Origin: Actinomycetota bacterium
Lineage (GTDB): Bacteria; Actinomycetota; Acidimicrobiia; IMCC26256; PALSA-610
Length of the DNA stretch: 42,544 nucleotides
Reading direction: 5' to 3'
NCBI GenBank assembly: GCA_046086225.1
Contig: JBJSXF010000064.1
Coordinates: 1 to 42,544, forward strand
Within the stretch, counting starts at the first letter, position 1. Each line of letters begins with the position of its first letter. The notes below the pieces were generated by a model. The model made no database searches and was not told the DNA's origin. It saw nothing but the letters and a program-made list of their open reading frames with translations. Shown one piece after another: positions 23,431 through 32,022 of the stretch. The position numbers and the translations under genes were made by a program.

Positions 23431-25026
23431 CTATCGGCCCGGCTCGGGGGTGATGACGGCGGGCTTCGTTGCCGGCGCGGGGAGCGGCTCGGGCACGAGG
23501 CCCGGGTCGGACGGCATCGGCTTCGGCTCCACCGGCTGGGGCTGGGGCTCGACCGTGACGGGCGGAGCGGGGCTCACGACGGCGAACTCGTCGGCCGTGA
23601 GGGCGAGCACCTCGACGTCGCCGCCGGTCTCGACCGCGAACCGGTAGGTCGGCACGAGGTACGCGACGGGCTGTTCGGCATCGGCCGCGTCCCAGCGCAT
23701 CAGGCCGGCGCTCACGCCGGTGATCCGGACGACGACGGGCACGGGCTCGCCGGGCACCGGGATCGGCTCGGTGAGGGGGGTGGGTTCGGGAGCGGGTGCC
23801 GGTGCGGGCTTGGGCTCGGGGACGCCGACCCCCGGATCTCCCGGAGAGGCACCACCGCCATCGGGCGGGGGAGTGCCGGAGCCGGCGTCATCGATCGGGG
23901 TCTCAGGCTCGGACACCGGCGTGCCGGAGTCGGCGGCGCCACCGTCGGCCGGGCCGCCCTTGGCCATGAGCGGCTGCGGTCCGGGGTAGACCGCCTTGCC
24001 GGCCTGCAGGTCGGCGAAGGCGGCATCGGTGCCGACAGTGTCGTACGGGCCGACTCGTTCGATCGTCGCCCAGTCGCCGTACGCTGACTCGACGGCGCCG
24101 TTGCCGCCGACCGTCACCGACCAGCTGACGCCGTGCACCGTGACGTCATCGACGATCGGGCTGAAGCCGACGGTGCGCGAGGTCACGACCGGCGGCGGGC
24201 TCACGCACCGGAGGCCATCGCCGGCGCAGACCGTCGCCGTCGCTCCGTACCCGCTGTCGATCACCTCGACGTCCCATTCGTCGCCCTCGAGGGCACCGGC
24301 GGCGGTGAGCACCTCGCGGGCGATGCGCTCGGCCTCGGCCGCGTCGGGGGTCTCGGTCGGGGTGTTCGGGGTGTCGGGAGCATCCGGTCCACCGTCGGCG
24401 GGGGGGCTGACGACCGGATCGTCGCCACCGATCCCGTCGGTTCCGTCGAGGGCGATCGTACCGGTCGCGCACTCGACGATCGTGCCCCGGTCCATCACCC
24501 CGCACTTCGGGTCGGACCCGGTCGTCCCGCCGCCGCTCCCGGACGCGCCCGGCTCGGACCGCGCGGTGTCGGGCGGCACCGTCGTGGTCGAGAAGCTCAC
24601 CGTCGGGGTGGGCCCGCCGGGGAAGACGGTCACGCTGCCGCCGTTCGGCGCGAGCGGAGCGTCGCCGTCGGGCCCGCCGAACCACGTGCTGCCGTCGGGG
24701 AGCGTGACGAGCCGGTTGTCACCGGTGCTCGGCAGGCCGAAGGCCCCGGCGATCCGGCGAACCGTGGCGTCATCGACGGGTCGGCCCGCGAGGCGGTACA
24801 CGTCAGCGGTGCGCCCGAGGTCGGTGAGATCCCCGGCGAGCACGTAGTCGGTCGGGGCCGAGAGCATCGCCGAGCTCGCCGCGTCCCGGTTGGCTTCGAC
24901 GGCTCCGCCTCCGGCGAGCTTCAGCCGGGCAGGGGCCGTGGTGTCGGATCCGCCGCAGGCGGTGAGCAGGAGGCCGCCGGCGAGGGCGGCGGCGATCAGG
25001 GGAGCGGGCCGTCGGGTCATGCGCAT
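23431..25026 (-). CDS. secreted lipoprotein with Pro-rich C-terminal region, function unknown
   Basis: Signal peptide with lipobox (MRMTRRPAPLIAAALAGGLLLTAC) and a GGAGG SD. The C-terminal ~170 aa are rich in P/E/V (PKPAPAPAPEPTP.., VEPQPQPVEPKP). Confidence 0.75.
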   Translation of the reverse strand: MRMTRRPAPLIAAALAGGLLLTACGGSDTTAPARLKLAGGGAVEANRDAASSAMLSAPTDYVLAGDLTDLGRTADVYRLAGRPVDDATVRRIAGAFGLPSTGDNRLVTLPDGSTWFGGPDGDAPLAPNGGSVTVFPGGPTPTVSFSTTTVPPDTARSEPGASGSGGGTTGSDPKCGVMDRGTIVECATGTIALDGTDGIGGDDPVVSPPADGGPDAPDTPNTPTETPDAAEAERIAREVLTAAGALEGDEWDVEVIDSGYGATATVCAGDGLRCVSPPPVVTSRTVGFSPIVDDVTVHGVSWSVTVGGNGAVESAYGDWATIERVGPYDTVGTDAAFADLQAGKAVYPGPQPLMAKGGPADGGAADSGTPVSEPETPIDDAGSGTPPPDGGGASPGDPGVGVPEPKPAPAPAPEPTPLTEPIPVPGEPVPVVVRITGVSAGLMRWDAADAEQPVAYLVPTYRFAVETGGDVEVLALTADEFAVVSPAPPVTVEPQPQPVEPKPMPSDPGLVPEPLPAPATKPAVITPEPGR

Positions 25027-25127
25027 GGTTCGGGTTCCTCCTCGGTTCCGGGGGTTCCGACGACCGGGCGGGCCGTCTGGTTCCCGGGAAATCGCGGCCG
25101 GATCGGCCGGGGGCTTGACGTCCGTGG

Positions 25128-25133
25128 TACCGT
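25128..25133 (+). promoter_or_regulatory. candidate -10 element (TACCGT) upstream of the ilvB leader ORF
   Basis: A TANNNT hexamer lies 9 nt upstream of ATG 25143. A TTGACG at 25115-25120 is too close to serve as its -35. Confidence 0.3.
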
Positions 25134-25142
25134 TTCGCCTTG

Positions 25143-25178
25143 ATGCCCACCGACCTCACCCTCGTAGTCGTTACGTAG
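25143..25178 (+). CDS. ilvBNC leader peptide MPTDLTLVVVT
   Basis: An 11-codon ORF with Leu, Thr, Leu and three consecutive Val codons (GTA GTC GTT, two of them rare for this GC content). It has no SD. It lies 36 nt upstream of a strong terminator and about 90 nt upstream of ilvB. Confidence 0.55.
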   Translation: MPTDLTLVVVT

Positions 25179-25213
25179 CGCCCGGCCGCCTCCGCGCGCG
25201 CCGAGCGCACCTC

Positions 25214-25238
25214 GCCCCTCGCTCTGCGAGGGGCTTTT
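25214..25238 (+). terminator. intrinsic terminator (attenuator) in the ilvB leader
   Basis: gcccctcgc-tct-gcgaggggc forms a perfect 9-bp stem and is followed by TTTT (25235-25238). It sits 30 nt upstream of the ilvB ATG. Confidence 0.65.
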
Positions 25239-25268
25239 CGTATCCGGAACCCGAACCCAGAGGGAACC

Positions 25269-26984
25269 ATGAAGATCACCGGAGCCCAGGCCCTCATCAA
25301 GAGCCTCGAGATGGAGCAGGTGGAGGTCATGTTCGGCCTCCCCGGCGGGGCGATCCTGCCGGTCTACGACCCGCTCATCGACAGCTCGATCCGCCACATC
25401 CTCGTGCGCCACGAGCAGGGCGCGGGCCACATGGCGAGCGGCTACGCGTGGGCGACCGGTCGTCCGGGCGTGGCGATGGTCACGAGCGGCCCGGCGGCCA
25501 CCAACATCGTCACCCCGCTCTGCGACGCCTACATGGACTCGGTGCCGCTCGTGTGCATCACCGGCCAGGTGCCCTACTCGGTGATCGGCACCGACGCGTT
25601 CCAGGAGTGCGACACCGTCGGCATCACCATGCCGATCACGAAGCACAACTGGCTCGTGACCGACGCCCAGGACATCCCCCGCATCGTTCGCGAGGCCTTC
25701 CACGTGGCGACGACCGGTCGGCCCGGTCCGGTGCTCGTCGATGTGCCCAAGGACATCGCCAACGCGACGATGGACTGGTACTGGCCCGACAAGATCGACC
25801 TCCCGGGCTACAAGCCGAACGTGAAGGGTCACCCCAAGCAGGTGAAGGACGCGGCCCGGCTCATCCGCGAGGCGCAGCGTCCGGTCATCTACGCGGGTGG
25901 CGGCATCATCAAGGCCGGCGCCTCGGGTGTGCTGCGCGACCTCGCCGAGCTCACCGGCATCCCGGTCGTCACCACCCTCATGGGTCGGGGCGCGATCTCC
26001 GACGACCACCCGCTCTGCCTGGGCATGCCCGGCATGCACGGCAACTACACGGCGATCACCGCCATGCAGAAGTCCGACCTCCTCATCACCCTGGGCGCCC
26101 GGTTCGACGACCGGGTGACGGGCAAGGTGGCCGACTTCGCACCCGGCGCCAAGGTGATCCACGTCGACATCGACCCGGCCGAGCTCGGCAAGGTCCGCCA
26201 CGCCGACGTGCCGATCGTGGGTGACGTGCGCACGGTCATCGAGGAGATGATCAAGGCGGTGCGCAACGATCAGGCCAAGGTCACCCGGCCCGACCTCGCT
26301 CCGTGGATCGCGCAGATCCGGGAGTGGCAGGAGGACTTCCCCCTCCGGTACGTGCAGGAGGAGGGCGGCGCGCTCAAGCCCCAGTTCGTCATCGAGAAGC
26401 TGCGGGAGAACACGCCCGACGACTGCATCCTCGCCTCGGGGGTGGGGCAGCACCAGATGTGGGCGAGCCAGCTCTGGAAGTTCCGCGGCCCGAACACCTG
26501 GGTGAACTCGGGGGGTCTCGGCACGATGGGCTACTCGGTGCCCGCCGCCATCGGCGCCAAGGTCGGTCGCCCCGACCGCATGGTGTGGGCGATCGACGGC
26601 GACGGCTGCTTCCAGATGACGGCCCAGGAGCTCGTCACCGCGGCGTCGGAGCGGATCCCGGTGAAGATCGCGATTCTCAACAACGCCTACCTCGGCATGG
26701 TGCGTCAGTGGCAGGAGCTCTTCTACGAGGAGCGCTACAGCGAGGTGTACCTCTCGCCCGACCTGCCCGACTACGTGAAGTGGGCCGAGGCGATGGGCTG
26801 CGTGGGCATGCGGGTCGACAGCGCCGACGACGTGGAGACGACCATCCAGAAGGCCAACGAGATCGACGACCGCCCGGTCGTCATCGACTTCCGCACCGAC
26901 TGGCGCGAGAAGGTGTACCCGATGGTGCCGGCCGGCTCGTCGAACGACGACGTCATCCTCGGCCCGCTCTTCGAGGAGGGCTGA
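25269..26984 (+). CDS. ilvB: acetolactate synthase large subunit
   Basis: 571 aa ThDP enzyme ([24 protein letters not shown]). An AGAGGGA SD is present. Confidence 0.97.
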   Translation: MKITGAQALIKSLEMEQVEVMFGLPGGAILPVYDPLIDSSIRHILVRHEQGAGHMASGYAWATGRPGVAMVTSGPAATNIVTPLCDAYMDSVPLVCITGQVPYSVIGTDAFQECDTVGITMPITKHNWLVTDAQDIPRIVREAFHVATTGRPGPVLVDVPKDIANATMDWYWPDKIDLPGYKPNVKGHPKQVKDAARLIREAQRPVIYAGGGIIKAGASGVLRDLAELTGIPVVTTLMGRGAISDDHPLCLGMPGMHGNYTAITAMQKSDLLITLGARFDDRVTGKVADFAPGAKVIHVDIDPAELGKVRHADVPIVGDVRTVIEEMIKAVRNDQAKVTRPDLAPWIAQIREWQEDFPLRYVQEEGGALKPQFVIEKLRENTPDDCILASGVGQHQMWASQLWKFRGPNTWVNSGGLGTMGYSVPAAIGAKVGRPDRMVWAIDGDGCFQMTAQELVTAASERIPVKIAILNNAYLGMVRQWQELFYEERYSEVYLSPDLPDYVKWAEAMGCVGMRVDSADDVETTIQKANEIDDRPVVIDFRTDWREKVYPMVPAGSSNDDVILGPLFEEG

Positions 26985-26988
26985 TCCG

Positions 26989-27516
26989 ATGGCGGTGCTC
27001 CACCACATCCTCACGGTCACGACCGAGAACAAGCCGGGCGTGCTCTCGCGCGTCGCCGGGCTGTTCTCGCGGCGCGGCTTCAACATCGTGTCGCTCGCCG
27101 TGGGCCCCACCGACGACGAGCACGTGTCACGGATGACGATCGTGGTCGACGCCGAGTCAGCGCCGCTCGAGCAGATCGTGAAGCAGCTCAACAAGCTCGT
27201 TCCCGTGCTCAAGATCAGCGAGGTCGGATCGGGCGAGGGGGTCGAGCGCGAGCTCATGCTCGTGATCGTCCGGGCCGCGACCGAGAACCGGGCCCACATC
27301 ACCGAGCTGGCCGCGATCTTCGACGCCAAGGTCGTCGACGTGGGCTACGAGTCGATGACCGTCATGCTGGCCGGTGAGCCCGAGCGGCTCGATGCCTTCG
27401 CCGACCTGGCCCGGCCGTTCGGCATCGTCGAGCTGCAGCGCACCGGTCGTATCGCCCTGCCCCGGTTGCCGCGCCAACCCACCCGCCTCCGGGCGGTGAA
27501 GTCCGCGCGGAGTTGA
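26989..27516 (+). CDS. ilvN: acetolactate synthase small (regulatory) subunit
   Basis: ACT domain N-terminus [28 protein letters not shown]. Confidence 0.95.
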   Translation: MAVLHHILTVTTENKPGVLSRVAGLFSRRGFNIVSLAVGPTDDEHVSRMTIVVDAESAPLEQIVKQLNKLVPVLKISEVGSGEGVERELMLVIVRAATENRAHITELAAIFDAKVVDVGYESMTVMLAGEPERLDAFADLARPFGIVELQRTGRIALPRLPRQPTRLRAVKSARS

Positions 27517-27548
27517 ACGCCACCCGTTCCGACGAGGAGAATCCCCCG

Positions 27549-28577
27549 ATGACCGCCAACGTGTACTACGAGAACGACGCCAACCTCGGCCTGCTCACCG
27601 GCAAGACCGTCGCCATCCTGGGCTACGGCTCGCAGGGCCACGCCCACGCCCTCAACCTGAAGGAGTCGGGCGTCGACGTCGTCGTCGGCCTCCGGGAGGG
27701 ATCGCCGTCCCGGGCCAAGGCCGAGGCCGAGGGTCTGCGGGTGCTCACCACTGCCGAGGCCGCGAAGGCGGCCGACATCGTGATGATCCTCCTGCCCGAC
27801 ACCGAGCAGCGCAAGGTCTACGAGGCCGACGTGGCGCCCAACCTGGTGCCCGGCAACTCGCTCGCGTTCGCCCACGGGTTCAACGTGCACTTCGGCCAGA
27901 TCGCGGCACCGGGTGGTGTCGACGTCTGGATGATCGCCCCGAAGGGTCCGGGGCACCTCGTGCGCCGTACCTACGAGGAGGGTGGCGGTGTGCCGTGCCT
28001 CGTCGCCGTGCACGACGACGCGACCGGCAACGCCAAGCAGACGGCTCTCGCCTACGCCAAGGGCATCGGCGGCACCCGGGCCGGCGTGCTCGACACCACC
28101 TTCGAGGAGGAGACCGAGACCGACCTGTTCGGTGAGCAGGTCGTGCTCTGCGGCGGGCTCGTCGAGCTCATCCGCAACGGCTTCGAGACCCTCGTCGAGG
28201 CGGGCTACCAGCCCGAGAGCGCCTATTTCGAGACGCTCCACGAGGTGAAGCTCATCGTCGACCTCATCTACGAGGGCGGCATCGCGGCCATGAACTACTC
28301 GATCTCCGACACCGCCGAGTACGGCGAGCTGACCCGGGGACCGCGGGTCGTCACCTCGGGCACGAAGGCCGAGATGAAGAAGATCCTCGGCGAGATCCAG
28401 TCGGGCGAGTTCGCCAAGGAGTGGATCGCCGAGAACGAGGCGGGCCGGCCCAACTTCAACCGGCTGCAGTCCGAGATCGCCAAGCACCCGATCGAGGCGG
28501 TCGGGGCCGAGCTGCGGGCGATGATGCCGTGGATCAGCGCCGGTCGGCGTCGGGTCCAGGACACCTCGGGCGGCTGA
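27549..28577 (+). CDS. ilvC: ketol-acid reductoisomerase
   Basis: The protein starts [40 protein letters not shown] 27549 with a GAGGAG SD is preferred over TTG 27513. Confidence 0.95.
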   Translation: MTANVYYENDANLGLLTGKTVAILGYGSQGHAHALNLKESGVDVVVGLREGSPSRAKAEAEGLRVLTTAEAAKAADIVMILLPDTEQRKVYEADVAPNLVPGNSLAFAHGFNVHFGQIAAPGGVDVWMIAPKGPGHLVRRTYEEGGGVPCLVAVHDDATGNAKQTALAYAKGIGGTRAGVLDTTFEEETETDLFGEQVVLCGGLVELIRNGFETLVEAGYQPESAYFETLHEVKLIVDLIYEGGIAAMNYSISDTAEYGELTRGPRVVTSGTKAEMKKILGEIQSGEFAKEWIAENEAGRPNFNRLQSEIAKHPIEAVGAELRAMMPWISAGRRRVQDTSGG

Positions 28578-28583
28578 TCCGTT

Positions 28584-28601
28584 CGACCCCGGCCGGGGTC
28601 G
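28584..28601. terminator. palindromic GC hairpin between convergent ilvC and the DinB-like gene
   Basis: cgaccccgg|ccggggtcg is a perfect palindrome located between the two stop codons. No U-tract is present on either strand. Confidence 0.35.
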
Positions 28602-28605
28602 GAAC

Positions 28606-29400
28606 TCAGATGATGTTGATCGCGTCGAGGAAGCTCGCCGCGGTCGCTTCGTCGCCGGTGACCGTCACGTGGTCGCGCCAGGCCGAGCGCCGGGTGCCCC
28701 ACGAGACGAACGCGTGGGTGTCGGAGGTCACGGTCGCGGCGACATCGGCCGCCGCCCCCTCGCTCACCGTCACCCGGCCGTCGGGACCACTCGGCGCGAT
28801 CGTCCAGTGGCCGCCGCCGGGACCGTCGAGCACGAGCGCGACCGGTCGGTCGAGCGCCGCGAGATCCTCGGCGCACATCCAGGGCAGGCCGGCGAGCATC
28901 CACTCCACCGTCGGGGCCAGGCGGGCCTCGTCGCGGTCCGGTTCGGGACGATCGAGCGGACCGCCCGGTGCGAGCAGGTCGTGGCGGAGGTGGCAGTAGG
29001 AGTCGAAGAGGAAGGTCGAGGCGAGCATCGACATCGGGTGGGTGCCGAGCTGGCCCATCGGCAGCTCGACGCTCGCCATCGGCTCGTCCTGGAACATGGC
29101 GAAGGTGTCGGCCGCTTGGGCGCTGTACGTCTCGTACTCGGCGACGACCTCGGCGATCGTCCACTCCCGGCGCAGCGCGACGGGCGGCTCCATGCCCTCC
29201 TCGGCGCCCGCCGAGAAGTCGGGGAGGAAGGCGGGGTCGACGACGCCGTGGAGGGTGCAGCCGAGGTGGCCGACCAGGTCGCGCACCGTCCAGCCTGCAC
29301 ACGCCGAGGGCAGGTTCCACTCCTCGGGGGTGAGGCTGCCGAGCACCTCCAGGATCGCGGTCCGCTCGGCGCGGAACCCCTCGACGGCGAGTGTGCTCAT
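28606..29400 (-). CDS. maleylpyruvate isomerase-family mycothiol-dependent enzyme (DinB/MDMPI_N fold)
   Basis: 264 aa from ATG 29400 (GGGAGG SD). WNLPSACAGWTVRDLVGHL is typical of this actinobacterial family. The upstream part of the 413-aa track ORF was rejected. Confidence 0.8.
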   Translation of the reverse strand: MSTLAVEGFRAERTAILEVLGSLTPEEWNLPSACAGWTVRDLVGHLGCTLHGVVDPAFLPDFSAGAEEGMEPPVALRREWTIAEVVAEYETYSAQAADTFAMFQDEPMASVELPMGQLGTHPMSMLASTFLFDSYCHLRHDLLAPGGPLDRPEPDRDEARLAPTVEWMLAGLPWMCAEDLAALDRPVALVLDGPGGGHWTIAPSGPDGRVTVSEGAAADVAATVTSDTHAFVSWGTRRSAWRDHVTVTGDEATAASFLDAINII

Positions 29401-29429
29401 GGTGCCTCCCTGGTCATGACTGGCGGATG

Positions 29430-29966
29430 CTACCGGGCGACCCCGGCCAGCCACTCCCGCACCGCAGAGGGCGACGTCAGGGTCACGAAGTGCAGGTGTG
29501 CCCAGCGGGGATCGATTCCCGCCTCTCGGTAGCGCCGGCGGATGCGAGCATGGGAGTGCCACGACCACGCGATGACCGATCGTTCGGGTTCGTGGAGGGC
29601 GAGCGCATTGCGCAGCCGCTCGCGGTTCCCGTTCCAGAGTTCTGCGCGGGCGAGGGCGCGGCGGAGCGTGCGGCTGATCACCCGACGGGTCGTGGTGCGC
29701 TTCGGGAGGTCGAGCACGACGACCGTGTCGGCTCGTTCCCATACGAGGTCCTGGACCTCGGAGTAGTTGCCGCACGTCACCCACCGCGGTGCGGCGCACG
29801 CCGCGGTCACTGCGGCCCGGAACTCCGGCGCCGGGAGCGGGGTCCACTCCGCCCGCCAGTAGAGGGCGTCGAGCTCGACGTGGGGCAGTTCGAGTCGCTC
29901 GGCGAGGGCGGCGGCCAGCGTGGTCTTGCCTGCGCCCGAGGTACCGACGACCGAGATTCGCTCCAC
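29430..29966 (-). CDS. P-loop NTPase/kinase (adenylate-kinase/FlaR-like AAA domain protein)
   Basis: 178 aa from GTG 29966. Walker A ISVVGTSGAGKTTLA is at the N-terminus. The start lies 17 nt after the ACAD stop. Confidence 0.7.
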   Translation of the reverse strand: MERISVVGTSGAGKTTLAAALAERLELPHVELDALYWRAEWTPLPAPEFRAAVTAACAAPRWVTCGNYSEVQDLVWERADTVVVLDLPKRTTTRRVISRTLRRALARAELWNGNRERLRNALALHEPERSVIAWSWHSHARIRRRYREAGIDPRWAHLHFVTLTSPSAVREWLAGVAR

Positions 29967-29982
29967 GTGGGCGACCGGGCGA

Positions 29983-31182
29983 CTACGAGCGGGGCACCTG
30001 CGACCACGGGAGGTCGCGGTCGGTGCGGGGCTCCCCCGGGAGGCCGAGGAGACGCTCGCCGAGGATGTTGCGCATGATCTCCGACGTGCCGCCCTCGATC
30101 GAGTTGGCCCGGGTGCGCAGGAACATCTTGCGGGCCTCGCCGAGCGGCGCGCCGAGCGCAACCGACTCGGGGCGGCTGAACGTGTAGTCGTAGTCGATGA
30201 GCCCGTCGGCGCCGAGCAGGTCGATGCACAGCTCGTAGGCGGCCTGGTTCGCCCGGGCCAGCGCCAGCTTCGTGATCGAGCCCTCGGGGCCGGGGTTCCC
30301 GGCCTGCGCGGCCGCCGCGGCGCGCAGGTTGGTGAGGGCGAGCACCTCGTTGGCGACGAGGCAGCGCATCACCCGGTCGCGGGTGGCCGGATCCTTGTCG
30401 GCCCGCTTGGCCCAGAGGTCGAGCACCTCGTTGAGCGCATCCGACCGCCGACGGCCGGCACCGCGCGCGCCCCCGCTGCCGATCGTGGTGCGCTCGTTCA
30501 TGAGCGTCGTCATCGAGACCCGCCAGCCGTCACCGATCCCGCCGATGCGGTCGGCGTCGGGGATGCGCACGTCGGTGAGGTACACCTCGTTGAACTCGGC
30601 CTCGCCGGTGATCTGGCGCAGCGGCCGCACCTCAACGCCCGGGCCGTGCATGTCGACCATGAAGTAGGTGAGGCCCTTGTGCTTGGGGGCCTCGGTGTCG
30701 GTACGGGCGATGAGGATGCCGCGGTCGGCGAGGTGGGCGAGGGTGTTCCAAACCTTCTGGCCGTTCACCACCCACTCCTCGCCGTCGCGTACGGCACGCG
30801 TGGCGAGTCCGGCGAGATCGGAACCGGCGCCCGGCTCGCTGAAGAGCTGGCACCAGATCTCCTCGCCGGTGAAGAGCGGGCGCAGGGCGCGGGTGCGTAG
30901 CTCGTCGTGCCCGTGGGTGACGATCGTCGGCGCGGCGAGGGCCATGCCGATGAAGAGCAGCGGGTCGGCGGGCCGCGCGCCCGCGGCCCGCAGTCGTTGC
31001 TCGAGGTGGCCCTGGGCCTTCGGGGGGAGTCCGAGGCCACCGAACCCCTCGGGGAAGTGCACCCAGGCCAGGCCGCGGTCGTAGCGCGCGCCCCGGAACT
31101 CGATCGGGTCGGTGGTCGCCGGGTCGTGGTCGGCGAGGAGCGCGTCGATGCGGGTGTCGAGATCGGTGAGGTCGGGAGCCAC
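29983..31182 (-). CDS. acyl-CoA dehydrogenase
   Basis: 399 aa with WCQLFSEPGAGSDLAGL, GQKVWNT and a C-terminal IEGGTSEIMRNILGERLLGLP. It is a paralogue of the partial ORF at 41880. Confidence 0.92.
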   Translation of the reverse strand: MAPDLTDLDTRIDALLADHDPATTDPIEFRGARYDRGLAWVHFPEGFGGLGLPPKAQGHLEQRLRAAGARPADPLLFIGMALAAPTIVTHGHDELRTRALRPLFTGEEIWCQLFSEPGAGSDLAGLATRAVRDGEEWVVNGQKVWNTLAHLADRGILIARTDTEAPKHKGLTYFMVDMHGPGVEVRPLRQITGEAEFNEVYLTDVRIPDADRIGGIGDGWRVSMTTLMNERTTIGSGGARGAGRRRSDALNEVLDLWAKRADKDPATRDRVMRCLVANEVLALTNLRAAAAAQAGNPGPEGSITKLALARANQAAYELCIDLLGADGLIDYDYTFSRPESVALGAPLGEARKMFLRTRANSIEGGTSEIMRNILGERLLGLPGEPRTDRDLPWSQVPRS

Positions 31183-31188
31183 GGCGCG

Positions 31189-31959
31189 CTACTTGGTGGT
31201 GGCGATGCCGCCGTCGACCGGGATCACCGCGCCCGTGATGTAGGAGCCGGCCCGGCTCGCGAGCCAGATCGCGGTGCCGGCCATGTCGTCGTCCCGGCCG
31301 ATGCGGTTGAGCGGTGACGACCGGGCGATCGCATCACCGAAGTTGCGCAGGGTCTCGGCCATCATCTTCGACTCGAACGGTCCCGGTGCGATGGCGTTCA
31401 CGGTCACGTGCTCGGGGCCGAGGCGGCGGGCCAGGTGGCGGGTGAGCTGATGGATCGCCGCCTTCGACGCCGAGTAGGAGTAGGTCTCCATGACCGGCAC
31501 CTGGATGCCGTCGATCGACCCGATGTTGATCACGCGGGCCGGATCCTCGGCGGTGCCCGCCGCGGTGAGCAGGGGCACGAGGTCGCGGGTGAGCAGGAAC
31601 GGCGACCGCACGTTGAGGTCGAGCACCTTGTCGAACGCGGTGTCGGGGAAGTCGGCGAGCGGCGCACCCCACGTGGCGCCTGCGTTGTTGACGAGGATGT
31701 GCAGCCGGTCCTCGCGCGCGGCGACCTCGCGGGCGAGGCGGGCGCACTCCTCGGGCTCGGCCAGATCGGCCGGGATGCTGATGCAGGTGCCGCGAGCCGA
31801 GAGCTCGGCGGCGACCGCGTCGCACACCTCGGCCTTGCGCGACGAGATGTAGACCTTCACCCCGGCTTCGACGAAGCCGCGGGCGATCATGAGGCCGATG
31901 CCGCGGCTGCCGCCGGTGACGAGCGCGGTCTTGCCGGAGATGTCGAAGAGCGAAGGCAC
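31189..31959 (-). CDS. SDR-family oxidoreductase (3-oxoacyl reductase-like)
   Basis: TALVTGGSRGIGLMIA, NNAG and YSASKAA motifs. GTG start at 31959. Confidence 0.9.
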   Translation of the reverse strand: MPSLFDISGKTALVTGGSRGIGLMIARGFVEAGVKVYISSRKAEVCDAVAAELSARGTCISIPADLAEPEECARLAREVAAREDRLHILVNNAGATWGAPLADFPDTAFDKVLDLNVRSPFLLTRDLVPLLTAAGTAEDPARVINIGSIDGIQVPVMETYSYSASKAAIHQLTRHLARRLGPEHVTVNAIAPGPFESKMMAETLRNFGDAIARSSPLNRIGRDDDMAGTAIWLASRAGSYITGAVIPVDGGIATTK

Positions 31960-31965
31960 CCGACG

Positions 31966-31971
31966 ATCCTA
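31966..31971 (-). promoter_or_regulatory. candidate -10 element (TAGGAT) for a leaderless SDR transcript
   Basis: A TANNNT hexamer on the minus strand lies 6 nt upstream of GTG 31959. No SD is present. Confidence 0.4.
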
Positions 31972-32022
31972 CGCAGGGCGGTGCGAGCCGGACCCCACTG
32001 GGTCGGAGATCGTCGACGACGG

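Noticed and set aside
23440-23950. Repetitive-looking DNA (ggctggggctgggg, ccggtgccggtgcggg) considered as a tandem repeat array
   Set aside because: It is in-frame Pro/Glu/Val-rich low-complexity coding sequence of the lipoprotein gene. It has no regular period and no spacer structure.
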